NCBI RefSeq assembly: GCF_018350175.1
Contig: NC_058374.1
Location: 126,976,001-127,040,000, forward strand
Source of the DNA: Felis catus
Taxonomy: Eukaryota
Reading direction: 5' to 3'
Length of the DNA: 64,000 bases
Part shown: piece by piece, positions 12,676 through 24,527 of the stretch
Numbering within the stretch: position 1 is the first letter of the stretch
How the letters are laid out: every line of letters begins with the position of its first letter
Notes under the pieces: model-generated
What the model was told of the DNA's origin: nothing
The model's database searches: none
What the model saw: only the letters and a program-made list of their open reading frames with translations
Made by a program: the position numbers and the translations under genes

Positions 12676-15523
12676 AAACCGTATTTTACCTTCTTAGACC
12701 TCACAGCAAGCCTGCAAAGGGAGGTATTGTTATGCACACTTTACAGATGTAGGAATTGAGGCTCAGAGGGGTCAAGTGACTTGTTCAGAGCCACACGGTA
12801 ATTAAGGAAAGAGGGCAGATATGAGCCCAGCCCTGTTTGGTTACAAGCACACAGATGATAGGATCTTGACCATTGAATTCTGGATCTTGGTTGGAAGGAA
12901 AAGGGATCTGAGAAGCACTGTGAGATTCCCAGAAAGCACTAGGCATCTAGGCGTTCTGGGCCCTAGGAATGAGTCCTGCCAAGTCCCTCCTTTCTCCCAC
13001 GATAGTGGGGGCTGGGCAAGAAAAGGCAGGACTAGCCCCAAGGGTTTCGAGCTGAGTCGCTGGTGAAGTGTCTGAGAAAGTCAGAGGTAGGGAGCTGACC
13101 AGACATCAGAGGGAGCCCCGCAGCCTGCTGACCGAAGGCCAGGGGCCAGAAGACTCTCCCAGCCCAGGCTGGGTGTGGCCAGGATGCCGAGTGGCCCCAG
13201 CTCTAAGGCTTGACCTTGCAGGGGCCAAGAGCCAAGAGGTCATTGGAGTGTCCACCAGAGGCCTGGGGGAACCTTCCCCTCCCTCTCTTTAATGTTCTTC
13301 TCCTGCAGGCTTTCAAAGCCTGTGCCTCTCCCCCCCTGCTCTAGAATTGCTGAGTTATTCCCCATAGCCCTCCCGCTCCCCTTGCCCCCTCCCTCAAGCT
13401 TGAGCAGCTGTCCCCAGGCAGCACCCCCCTTTGCTCTGCACTGTCGCTCCCCCTTTCTTGTATCTGGTGCTGTCAGGGGAGTCTGCCTGTCCTACAGCAG
13501 GGCCCCAGGATCGTTCTTAATCAAGGCACGGAAAGATGGCATCACAGTCCCCCTGGAGCCTGCAGAACAGGCCTTTTAAGCTCTGTCTCCTGTGGGGGCG
13601 GATAGTGGAGGACACAGGGGAGCTGTCACTAACAGAGCCAGGGAAACGACTAGATAGGGAGCAGACTGGCAGTCGCTTCTTAGGACCCAGGGGAAGGCAG
13701 GGGGCAGCCAGGACCCCCACCTGCCCCAGGGTCCTCTCTCTGAGGCATTTGGAAACTGAGGCCTGCTGTCCACAGGAATGCCACCCCCTCTCCCTTGGTG
13801 ACTGGGAAGGGGGAGCGGATGGGGGACGTGCCGTGTTTTGCCAGCAGCAGAGCTAAATTGCAGTTGGGGTAATTACATTTTGCCTTAGTCATGCCTCCCG
13901 CTGGACCACTTGGCCAGTGTCCGGCCTTCAGGGGGAAGGCAGGCCCACTTGTACTGGCTTAGCCACACTGTGGTGTTCCTCTGCTCTTGGGCTCTGCAGG
14001 TGCACCAGACTCCAGGCAGGCAGCAGTGGGGCTCTGGGGCCCAGCTTGGACTCCACACCCTGGGGGTGATGGGCCCGGGCACACCAGCCCCACCTGGTGA
14101 AAGGCCTGAAGAGGGCAGCTTCTCACTGTGCCTGAGTCCTGGGTGTCTGGGTTTCTGTGCGGTTTTGCCCCGGACACATCACGCTCCCCTGCCTCTGTTT
14201 TCTTATCTGTAAGATGGGGATAATACCAGTGGTGACCTCCTCTGGTTACCATGCAGATCCCACGAGATAAGACTCAAAGTATTTAGAATGGCACAGAGTA
14301 AGTATGAAATGACGGTTAATTGTAGCAATGATGGTGCAGATGTCTCAGTCCCCACAGTGCACCTGCTACTACAGCTGCTGTTACTACTATAGTACTAATG
14401 CTACTGCTGTTGTTATTATTGCTTCTCTTAATTCCATTATTACTGCAGCCACTGTCTGAGCTGGGACTAATACTCCCACTGGGATAAACACCACCCTGTA
14501 GGATATCCATTATGGCTACCAAGTTTATAAAGGTTTGGAAACGTCAATGGTCTCCCATTGAACTTCTAAAACGTTACTGTGGGGGTCAAGACTTTTCATA
14601 TATAGTTCTGCATCTTGCCCCCCAGGCTCCTGTCTTCTCCTCAGGCACAGCCTCCTGCCCAGAATTTCCACCAGGAGTGTCCCCTCTACCCCGTTTCTCC
14701 CTCTACCTGGACCAGCTCCTTCCCCCTTTATTATTAATGCCCTTCCCTTTTTAAAATCGCACACTCCAAAAATCTCAGCTCAAATGTCACATGAAGTCTT
14801 CCTTGGCTGGGGAGAGACCGAGATGCAAAATAGGAAACCACGTTTAATCAGAAATCAGGACTTTAGTGTCCAGGATGGCAGCAAGAATGGAGGCAGGAAA
14901 GACTCCCAGTTCGATGCTGAGAACTGGTCCGGGGGAGAAGCCAAATTAGGAACCTGAAGCAAGCCGCATCCTTCCTTCTGGAAGTGGTTCATTCCCACCT
15001 CAACCCTCTGGCCCAGTGGGCAGGAGTGATTCCCCCTCCTCACGCTAGAACATGGAGCCTGGCCCTGCTCCGTAAGTCCCTCTTGTTTCCCTCCACGTCA
15101 GGAGGGCCTGGAATCTCAGGCACATCCCCAAAGCGGAAGTCAGTCTCCATACAGAATCTGAGCCAGGGCCCACAAAAAATCCCTTCTTCGATGGGCTGCA
15201 AGGAACGAACACAAAGAGTGTTTCTAAAAATAAAATGACAGAGACCGTGATCTCGAGGCAAAGAGAGAAGTGTCTGGAAGAAGTGAGAAAGAAAATTATG
15301 AAAAATGGCATTCTTTGGTCATCTCTATTTCTGCATTAAACTCTGGAATTTACCTAGAGAGGAAAAAGTCAAGGCTGATGGAAGTTTCCTGACTGCAGAC
15401 AGATCTAAGATTTAAAGTGAGACTTGCTGTCTGGGCTTCTAGAAAGATAAGTGATGTTCACTTCAGAATGACCCCATCAGGCCCCCTGAGGAGCTTTGTA
15501 AGGCTCAGCCTTAAAGTTATAGG

Positions 15524-16036
15524 GTGCATCGGTCTCCTGTAGATGCTGTAACAAATCACAAGCTTAGTGACCTAAAACAACATAAGTTATTCTCTTACTG
15601 TTCTGGAGATCAGAGTCCAAACTGAGTCTCACTGAGGTAAAATTGAGGTGTCGTCAGGGCTGTGTTCCCTTCTGGAGGGTGTAGGGGAGAATCCTCTTTC
15701 TTGCTTTTTCCAGTGTCTAGAGGCTGCCCCCATTCCTTGGGTGGTGGCCCCTTCCATCTTCCAGACCAGCTATGGTCAGCTCAGTCTGTCGAGCACTGCG
15801 TAACTCAGACACTGCCTCTTTCCATGTGTAGGACGCACATGAGTACGTTGGGTCCACCTAGATAGCACAGGACAATCTCCCTATCTTAAAGTCAGCTGAT
15901 TAACAACCTTAATTCCATCTGCCACTTTAATCCCCCCTTCCCGTTCCCCCTCTCCCAGCCAGGTAATTTAACATGTTTGCAGGTTCAAGGGGATAGGATG
16001 TGAACATCTTTGGGGACCATTATTTTGCCTACCACA
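15524..16036 (-). mobile_element. MLT1 solo LTR
   Basis: gctgtaacaaatcacaagcttagtgacctaaaacaac...aggatgtgaacatctttggggaccattattttgcctaccaca. Confidence 0.8.
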
Positions 16037-16498
16037 CAATGTTAGGAATATAGGATTGCATTCTGATTTTTTTTTTTAATCAGTAATTCATGCCTGGAAT
16101 TGGAAGTGGCTTTCTATCACCCAGAAATGGGACTCAGCCAACTTCGTGTGACCTCAGGAAAGTCGCTTAACCTCTCTGGTTAAACCTTTGTTTTCTCATT
16201 TCCAAAACTAAGAGTTTAACTGTAAGCTCTCATGATGAGTGACCATGGCTTCACCATCTCTCCTGACAAGGGTCTGGCACATAACAGGTGCTCAGGAAAT
16301 GTTTGTGCTGACTCGGGGGCAGGGGCTGGACCTAGGGCGTGTAAGCCCTCCCAGATTTCAAGGCTTTCATGACTCACAGTTCTAAACAAAAAACACGAAT
16401 TTTCAAAATGGGTATTCATATCTCTCAAGAAACTCCTCCTAGGCAGAAAGTGTGTCAGTTTTCTATGTGGCACAAATCTTTGTACTGCAGGGCATTTG

Positions 16499-16501
<3 letters not shown>

Positions 16502-16544
<43 letters not shown>

Positions 16545-16630
16545 CACATTAAATGAATGGATGGACACTATAAATGTGTATGTGTGTGTATATATATGTA
16601 TGTAAACATGTATATGTATATACACACACA
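16502..16630. repeat. (CA)n followed by (TA/TG)-rich simple repeat
   Basis: Directly visible. Confidence 0.9.
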
Positions 16631-16694
16631 GGGTGAAAAAGTGTCTGTGTACATATGCACACATGCTTGAGTCTAACCTTTAATAATAATAATG

Positions 16695-16780
16695 CCGAAG
16701 GGAAAGTGGGTGATGGGCATCTGTTGGGAGGAGCACTGGGTGTTGTATGGAAACCAATTTGACAATAAATTATATTTAAT
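16695..16780 (+). mobile_element. Very short felid L1 3' end
   Basis: gagcactgggtgttgtatggaaaccaatttgacaataaa is the reverse complement of the L1 end at 18505-18548; flanked by aataataataatg / aataataacaatg. Confidence 0.85.
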
Positions 16781-17354
16781 ATAATAATAATAACAATGTC
16801 AAATGCAAAGCGGTGTCGTAAGGATTAAAATAGTTAAGACGTGCATAATGCTTAGAATAGTGCCTGGCTGATGGCAAGTGCCACAAAACCTTAACTATTG
16901 TTTTTCATCATTGTTATTATTATCTTGACACGATGCTGAACGGATGTGGAATTTCCATAAGTCACCCTGCTGTGGGAAAAAGAAGGATCCTAGCCATCTG
17001 GGGAAATCTGGAGCAGCTTGCGGGAGGAAGCAGCATCTGAGCTGTGCCTTGAAGGGAAGTGGAAAAGCTCCCTGTAAGAGGCCAAGGGAAAGACATTCTG
17101 GATGGAGGAATCTTGCGAGGAGCAGAGGCATGCAAATAGAGAGCCATATCAAGGGAAGTGAGCCCCTCTGTCACTTTAAAAGTCGTGGGACATTTGCTTG
17201 GACAGCTAGGTAGGGTGAAGGTCACAGAGGCTTAAATGCCTGGCTGAGAAGTTTCCATCGTATCCTCCAGGCAGCGGGGAGCCACTGAAGGTTGTTGCAG
17301 TTGACAGGGTGGTCATGGGCTCTAAGTCTTTGCTCTAAGCAGAAGGAGAAATCA

Positions 17355-17752
17355 GTCCTATGGCTGTGCCAAACAAATCCCCACAAACTGGGAGGTTGGA
17401 AACAATAGAAATGTATTCTCTGGAGGCCAGAAGTCTGAAATCAAGGTGCTCGCAGGGTCAGTTCGTACTGGGGGCCTGAGGGTAAATCTGTGCGATGCGT
17501 CTCCCAGCTTCTGGCTGGTGTTCCTGGGCTTGTAGGCACATCACCACAGTTTCTGCTTCCTTCTTCTCTACCTGTCTCTGTGTCTCAGATCCTCCCCTGC
17601 CTTTCTGTAAGAGACACATGCCATTGGATTTAGGGTCCACTCTAATCCTTAGTTACATCTGTAAGACCCTTTGAACAAGTAAGATCACATGCCAGGTGCT
17701 CCGTGGTTAGGACACAGATGTGTCTTTTCAGGGCCATCATTCAACCTACTAC
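17355..17752 (-). mobile_element. MLT1 solo LTR
   Basis: tctggaggccagaagtctgaaatcaaggtg...ccattggatttagggtccac...ccatcattcaacctactaca. Confidence 0.8.
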
Positions 17753-17954
17753 AAGTGGCTATAACAATAGTCTGGCACGTTGTCTGCACTTGAACACCAA
17801 ATTCTTGCAATCAGATGGGATAGAGCTTCCAGAAGTGTGCGAGTGGCGTGGAGCCCTGAGTCAGCTGTTTTTTTCCCCGTGGCTCTTCTCAGATGGGGGT
17901 GTATGGGGGCCAGGCTCAGTGGGGGGGGGGCAGCAATTGTGAGTTGGGTTATAA

Positions 17955-18125
17955 CTGAGAGGTTCTCAACCTGGATGCAGATTAGAATCACCCAGGAGAA
18001 TGCTGAAAAATACCAGTGTCTTGGCCCCGCCCCCAGAGGTTCTGGTTTAATTGGTCTGGGGTGAGGACCAGGTGTAGGCACTTTCTAAAACTCCCCAAGT
18101 TGTTCTCGCATGTAGCAAGGGTTTA
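17955..18125. mobile_element. MER5A (hAT-Charlie)
   Basis: ggttctcaacctgg...attagaatcacc...cccagaggttctggtttaattggtctggggtg. Confidence 0.75.
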
Positions 18126-18298
18126 CTTAACTGCCAGGTTTTCAGCGAGGGCAATATAGTGCCAAGGGGGTAAAAATTGGTTCGTGGGAAACAAATTAAC
18201 CCTTAAGTATTACAGTGGTTTGTGACCCTCCAAAGGACCAGTGTATCTATGGTATTAAAATTCCGTGGGGTGGGGTGTTTAAAAATGTAGTATATTAA

Positions 18299-19390
18299 TA
18301 TGAAATCTGAGGTGCAGTAAGGCCAACAGATCAGGCAGATAGTTTGAGAAGACAGTTTGTTACTCTTGGTCCCCAAGAGCACGTGTGTGGCACATCACAC
18401 CCTGTGGGTGGGTAGGCAGGATGGGGTACACCAGGACAGGTCAGGAGGCAGAGGGGAAGGGGGAAATGTAGGGAAATGAGTCTTTCTTTTTTTTTTTTTT
18501 AATATGAAATTTATTGTCAAATTGGTTTCCATACAACACCCAGTGCTCATCCCAACAGGTGCCCTCCTCAATGCCCATCACCCACCTACTCCTCCCTCCC
18601 GCTCCCCATCAACCCTCAGTTTATTCTCAATTTTTAAGAGTCTCTTATGGTCTGGCTCCCTCCCTCCCTTTTTTTTTTCTTCCCCTCCCCCATGGTCTTC
18701 TGTTAAGTTTCTCAGGATCTACATAAGAGTGAAAACATATGGTATCTGTCTTTCTCTGTATGACTTATTTCACTTAGCATAACACTCTGCACTTCCATCC
18801 ACGTTGCTACAAAAGGCCGTATTTCATTCTTTCTCATTGCCAGGTAGTATTCTATTGTGTATATGAGCCACAATTTATTCATCCATTCATCAGTTGATGG
18901 ACATTTAGGCTCTTTCCATAATTTGGCTATTGTTGAAAGTGCTGCTATAAACATTGGGGTACAAGTGCCTGTATGCACTCCTGTATCCCTTGGGTTAATT
19001 CCTAGCAGTGCTATTGCTGGGTCATAGGGTAGATCTATTTTTAATTTTTTGAAATGAGTCTTTCTTGTGGTTCCCACTAGAAGGAGCTGGTGAGGCAGGG
19101 GAAGCAGATTTAGGATTGACTGGTTTAAAGAATTTCAGTGGGCTCTGGGGCATAGGGGCTGTGCCTGGCTGTCTGATACCTGGCCCCGGGATGATTAGGG
19201 CAGGGGGACAGTGACCTGGAGCTTGAGAGCCTAATTAAGGAGTGTGAGCTCTGGACTGGTTGGTTCACATTTGAAAATTACTCTCACTGGCAAGTAGTTT
19301 GCTGTCAGGAACTGGCTATCCAAGGGAGGGGCAGACCCTCTATGGTCCCTTAGGCCCCAGACGTCAGAGCATCAGAATACCAAAAATAAA
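18299..19390 (-). mobile_element. ERVL-class solo LTR (LTR47-like, subfamily uncertain) split by an L1
   Basis: ggccaacagatcagg...gtttgttactc and gggctctggggcataggggctgt...cagaataccaaaaataaaa are continuous across the L1 TSD. Confidence 0.55.
18489..19050 (-). mobile_element. 5'-truncated felid L1 with perfect 16-bp TSD
   Basis: ORF2 C-terminus ([18 protein letters not shown]...CTPMFIAALSTIAKLWKEPKCPSTDEW...), 3'UTR and poly-T; TSD gaaatgagtctttctt at 18473-18488 and 19051-19066. Confidence 0.96.
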
Positions 19391-19983
19391 AGTGGAGGTG
19401 GGGGACAGGGAGGGAAGAAAAGGTCCAAGAAGGCTTATTGAGGGGAAGGGAATAATAACAAATAATAATGATGATGATAATAATAATAATAATAATTAAA
19501 AGGGTGAGAAACCTTGAGTGACATCTGGGCTACTTCATATATTCCTTGATAGAACTCCCAGACCAGGCGCTGGGGGAGAACTCTCTCTGGAAGCATCCTT
19601 ATCCAGATGTATAGCTGGATTTGGCCCCGCTTCGCCAATAAGAACCATGTGCTCACTTCCCCAGGGGTCCATGGCCTCTTCCAAAGTGCAATACCTTTTA
19701 ATAGCAGCAACAAAGGAGAATTTAGAGTCCTCTTGTGGTTTATTTTGCTCAGCAATCAGCTGCTGAATTTAACCTAATGGGATTCTAATGTTTTTAAAAG
19801 CCAATTTAGTAATCTTTGTATTTTGGATGGATTGTGAAAGCCCTATTAGTTATTTATATCAATGTGTACGTGGAAGGCTGCAAATGGCAGATTTATGCTT
19901 TTATGTGCCATTAACATCTACACTATGTTAGCAGCAGCATTTAGCCAGATCTCAGAATGTTGGCCTAATCTCCTCTGTGCCTG

Positions 19984-19984
19984 T

Positions 19985-20020
<36 letters not shown>
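19984..20020. repeat. (CA)n microsatellite
   Basis: Directly visible. Confidence 0.95.
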
Positions 20021-20022
<2 letters not shown>

Positions 20023-20161
20023 CTCTCTCTCTGTCATTCTGTGTGGTCAGCCATAGGGTATTTCAACTGATTAAACATCCTAGTGAATAGTTCCTCACTA
20101 TATCATATCAAATAAGTGATAAGTCTATAGTCACCAGGCTGTTTAATTAAAGATAATCAGT

Positions 20162-20286
20162 CTTGGAAGACTTAGAATACAATTAGATATACTTAACACT
20201 AGAGCTTGGTTGAACATGATTTAATCTTTCTTGGGTGATTCAGGATCTTACAGGCCTTGGGGGCCTTCGTTATGAATATAAATGAT
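20162..20286 (+). repeat. 125-bp local duplication, source copy
   Basis: 121/125 identical to 21243-21367. Confidence 0.95.
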
Positions 20287-20919
20287 CTTCATGCTCTTAC
20301 TTTGCAGAAGCTCCCTTGGAAAGAGATTTCTAGTTGAAAACCTGCCAAGCACATGGGCTTCCACCGTGGAACCGTGGAAGGTACCCTCACAATTACCTGG
20401 AAGTGGTTTCTAGACATCCTGGGGATAACAAATCTGTGGATATTTGCCCTTGGCATAAAATGCTCTGGCAACTGGTATGAAATTCATTTTGCGGCCCCCT
20501 TTTATTTCTCTAACAGAGAGAAATCCTCAGTGGGGTGCTAATGTATCATTAACACCTTTCTTTACAACTTACCGTTCTTTTCCATCAAGAACTCTACCCA
20601 GGACTCACTTATTAATTCAACGCGTAAATGTTTATCAAGCAAGTCTGGGTGAAACACAGTAGAAGTGGGGAATTGGCAAGAGGCAGTAAAGCTAAATTTT
20701 TTTTCAGGGTACATAATGCATATGCAAATAATGAATCCAGAAGTTTTTGTAAATAGATACACCTCCATACCACCTCTACTATTCATCATCTCCTTCCTTC
20801 ACTTTCTAGCGTGACCACCTTCACTAGTTGAATCATATTCAGATACTTGAGATTTAGAGTTAAAATGGGAAAGAAACAGTTAAAATAGCCTCAACATACC
20901 TTTCAAAAACAAAAGGCAA

Positions 20920-21031
20920 GGGGTGCCTGGGTGGCTCAGTCAGCTAAAGGTCTGACTCTTGATTTCGGCTCAGGTCATGATATCATGGTTCATGGGACTG
21001 AGCCCTACATCAGGCTCTGTGCTGACAATGC
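20920..21031 (+). mobile_element. CAN-SINE (3' part masked by N)
   Basis: ggggtgcctgggtggctcagtcag...ggctctgtgctgac then N run. Confidence 0.92.
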
Positions 21032-21200
21032 NNNNNNNNNNNNNNNNNNNNNNNNNNNNNNNNNNNNNNNNNNNNNNNNNNNNNNNNNNNNNNNNNNNNN
21101 NNNNNNNNNNNNNNNNNNNNNNNNNNNNNNNNNNNNNNNNNNNNNNNNNNNNNNNNNNNNNNNNNNNNNNNNNNNNNNNNNNNNNNNNNNNNNNNNNNNN

Positions 21201-23725
21201 AGCAATGAACAGATCCAGCAGTAAGGACACAGTTGAACTCAACTTGGAAGACTTAGAACACAATTAGATATTCTTGACACTAAAGCTTGGTTGAACATGA
21301 TTTAATCTTTCTTGGGTGATTCAGGATCTTACAGGCCTTGGGGGCCTTCGTTATGAATATAAATGATAAAACTCTATCAATCAACTGGACAAAAATGGAC
21401 ATCTATGAACTACTTCATCCAACAACAGAAGTAGTTCATTCTTCTCAAGCTCACATGGAACACTCACCAGGTAAGACCACACGCTGGGCCATGAAACACA
21501 CCTTAACAAATGTAAAAGAATAAAAATCATATAATGGCTGTTCTCAGACTACAATGGAATTAAACTAGAAACAGAAAACTGGAAAGTTCCANNNNNNNNN
21601 NNNNNNNNNNNNNNNNNNNNNNNNNNNNNNNNNNNNNNNNNNNNNNNNNNNNNNNNNNNNNNNNNNNNNNNNNNNNNNNNNNNNNNNNNNNNNNNNNNNN
21701 NNNNNNNNNNNNNNNNNNNNNNNNNNNNNNNNNNNNNNNNNNNNNNNNNNNNNNNNNNNNNNNNATGTTAGAAAAGAAGAAAGATGTAAGATCAATAATC
21801 TAAGCTTTTGCATTAGGAAACTAGAAAAAGAAGAGCAAATTAATCCAAAGTAAGCAAAAGTAAAGACATAATAAGAATTAGAGCTGACGTAAATGAAATT
21901 AAAGCCAGGAAATCAATAGAGAAAATCAATGAAACCAAAAGCTGTTTCTTTGAAAAAGATAGAATTGATAAGCCTCTGGTCAAGCTAATGGCTAANNNNN
22001 NNNNNNNNNNNNNNNNNNNNNNNNNNNNNNNNNNNNNNNNNNNNNNNNNNNNNNNNNNNNNNNNNNNNNNNNNNNNNNNNNNNNNNNNNNNNNNNNNNNN
22101 NNNNNNNNNNNNNNNNNNNNNNNNNNNNNNNNNNAATACCTTGAAANNNNNNNNNNNNNNNNNNNNNNNNNNNNNNNNNNNNNNNNNNNNNNNNNNNNNN
22201 NNNNNNNNNNNNNNNNNNNNNNNNNNNNNNNNNNNNNNNNNNNNNNNNNNNNNNNNNNNNNNNNNNNNNNNNNNNNNNNNNNNNNNNNNNNNNNNNNNNN
22301 NNNNNNNNNNNNNNNNNNNNNNNNNNNNNNNNNNNNNNNNNNNNNNNNNNNNNNNNNNNNNNNNNNNNNNNNNNNNNNNNNNNNNNNNNNNNNNNNNNNN
22401 NNNNNNNNNNNNNNNNNNNNNNNNNNNNNNNNNNNNNNNNNNNNNNNNNNNNNNNNNNNNNNNNNNNNNNNNNNNNNNNNNNNNNNNNNNNNNNNNNNNN
22501 NNNNNNNNNNNNNNNNNNNNNNNNNNNCCAAGTATGCAAGGCTGATCCAACATTCAAAAGTCAATTAATGTAATCCATCACATCAACAGGCTAAAGAAGA
22601 AAAATCACATAACGACATCAATGGATACAGAATATCATTTGACAAAATCCAGCACTCATTCATAACAAAAACTCAGTAAACTAGGGAAGTGCGGAATTTT
22701 CTCAACTTGATAAAACTCTCTATCGACAAAATATCTACAGAATCTCTACAGCTACATCATACTTCATGGTGAAAGGCTTGAATCTGTCCTACTAAGATCA
22801 GGAAGAAGGTGAGGATGTGCCCTCTCACCACTGATTTTCAGCACTGTATTGGAAGTCCTAGCTAATACCGTGAGACAAGAGAAGGAAATAAAAAGGTATG
22901 CAGATTGGGAAGGAAGAAATAAAACTGTCTTCATTCACAGATAACGTGATTATCTATGTAGAAAATCCAAAAGAACCGACCAAAAACTCCTGGAAGTATT
23001 AAGCAGTAATGGCAAGGTTCCAAGATATAAGGTTAATATAGCATTGAGCTCCTTAGTATCTGCCCAAAGGAATAGAAAATGTATGTTCACATAAAACCTG
23101 TGCATGGATATTTATAGCAGCTTTATTCATAATTGCCAAGACCTGGAAGCAACCAAGATTTTTTTCACTAGATAAATGGATAAATAAACTGTAGTATATC
23201 TAGACAGTGGAATATTACTCAGCGGTAAAAAGAAATGAGTATCAAGCCATGAAAATACATGAGGAACTGAGCGAAAGAAGACAATCTGAAGAAGCTAAAT
23301 ACTATACTATTCTGGAAAAGGCAAAACTATGGAGTCAGTTGAAAGATCAGTGACGGGCAGGGATTAAGAGGAGAGAGGGATGAATAGGTACAGCACTAAT
23401 TTTATGAAGGAGGAGGAACAATTGAAAAGCAGTGAAACTACTTTGTATGACATCATAGTGGTAGATGCATGTCATTCATTATGCATGTTTCCAAATGCAT
23501 AGAATGTGCAACAGCAAGAGTGAAGCCTAATGTAGACTGTGGGCTTTGAATGATAGTGATGTGTCAGTGTAGCTTCTTCAGTTGTAGCAAATGTGCCATT
23601 CTGATGGAGATATCGATAATGGGGGAGATTATGCATGAGTGGACATAGGGGACATGTGGGAAGTCTCTGTATTTTATGCTCAATCTGGCTGTGAATTAAA
23701 GCTGTTCTGGAAAATAAAGTCTATT
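21201..23725 (+). mobile_element. Old L1 (L1MC-like): degenerate ORF2 and 3' end, with gaps and internal deletion
   Basis: Endonuclease-region DNA (tcagactacaatggaattaaactagaa), RT region (cctactaagatcaggaagaagg...ggaagtcctagc) and L1MC-type 3' end (...ggctgtgaattaaagctgttctggaaaataaagtc). Confidence 0.85.
21243..21367 (+). repeat. 125-bp local duplication, copy inserted inside the old L1
   Basis: 121/125 identical to 20162-20286; L1 sequence resumes on both sides. Confidence 0.93.
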
Positions 23726-24495
23726 AGAAGGGGAGGTGGTGACAAAGAAGAAAGAAATAGAAATGAATAGGGGCCACCTAAATTTAAAATACACCACCCC
23801 AAACCCAGAACTCAAAGAGAGTCAGACTAATACATTTGCCTGTGTTGAACAAAAACAATCCTACTTGAAAAATACTCAAAGGCAGGTGACAAACTAAGAA
23901 AATGTGTGCATGGCGCATGTCAGACAAAGGGCAGATTTCCTTATTATAGAAAGAATTATACAAATCAGTAAGGATCTGATATTTCTATACACTAGGCAAA
24001 AGTATGCAAAAGCACTTCCCAAACAAAGGAAAACAGATGCTAGTAGCTGTGAAAAAGTTGTCTTGCTCGTAATTACTTGAGATCAAATTAGACACAATTT
24101 TTCAGCTGTCACATTGGTTAGGGTATGGTGCACACATATGTACTTTTTCTTCATGGTACTTCACACAGTTGCACTTGTACATTTATTTGTGATTACCCGA
24201 GCCAGACTTTGTTGCCCGAGCCAGACTTTGAGCTCCATAAGGGTAGGGCTTGTGTGTTGTTTGTCTTGTCTGCAAATTGTACATTGTCTGGGCTCAGTAG
24301 CTATTTGTGAATGAATAAGTCAATAAATGAAAATGGACAGAAAATTCTGAAACCTTACACGACAGAGAACAGTGGTTACTGGAGAGGAAAGGAGGTTGCT
24401 TTCAGTTTACCATTTTATCCCCTTCTTAGCGTTGAAGTTTTTGAAATGGGCATGGATAGCTTTCTAATTAATGCTTTGAAATTAGGTAGCTTACA

Positions 24496-24527
24496 TTTTT
24501 TTTAATTTAAATTCAAGTTAGTTAACA
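24496..24527 (-). mobile_element. ~30-nt L1 3'-terminal micro-insertion with TSD
   Basis: aatttaaattcaagttagttaaca(ta) matches the in-window L1 termini at 44208-44232 and 48803-48828; flanked by tagcttacatttt at 24487 and 24528. Confidence 0.75.

Noticed and set aside
18712-19077. 121-aa ORF with real protein similarity
   Set aside because: It is the L1 ORF2 C-terminus of a truncated insertion, not a host gene; the same applies to 53905-54378 and 44637-45250.
21840-22564. Long ORFs across N runs
   Set aside because: Artefacts of translating N.
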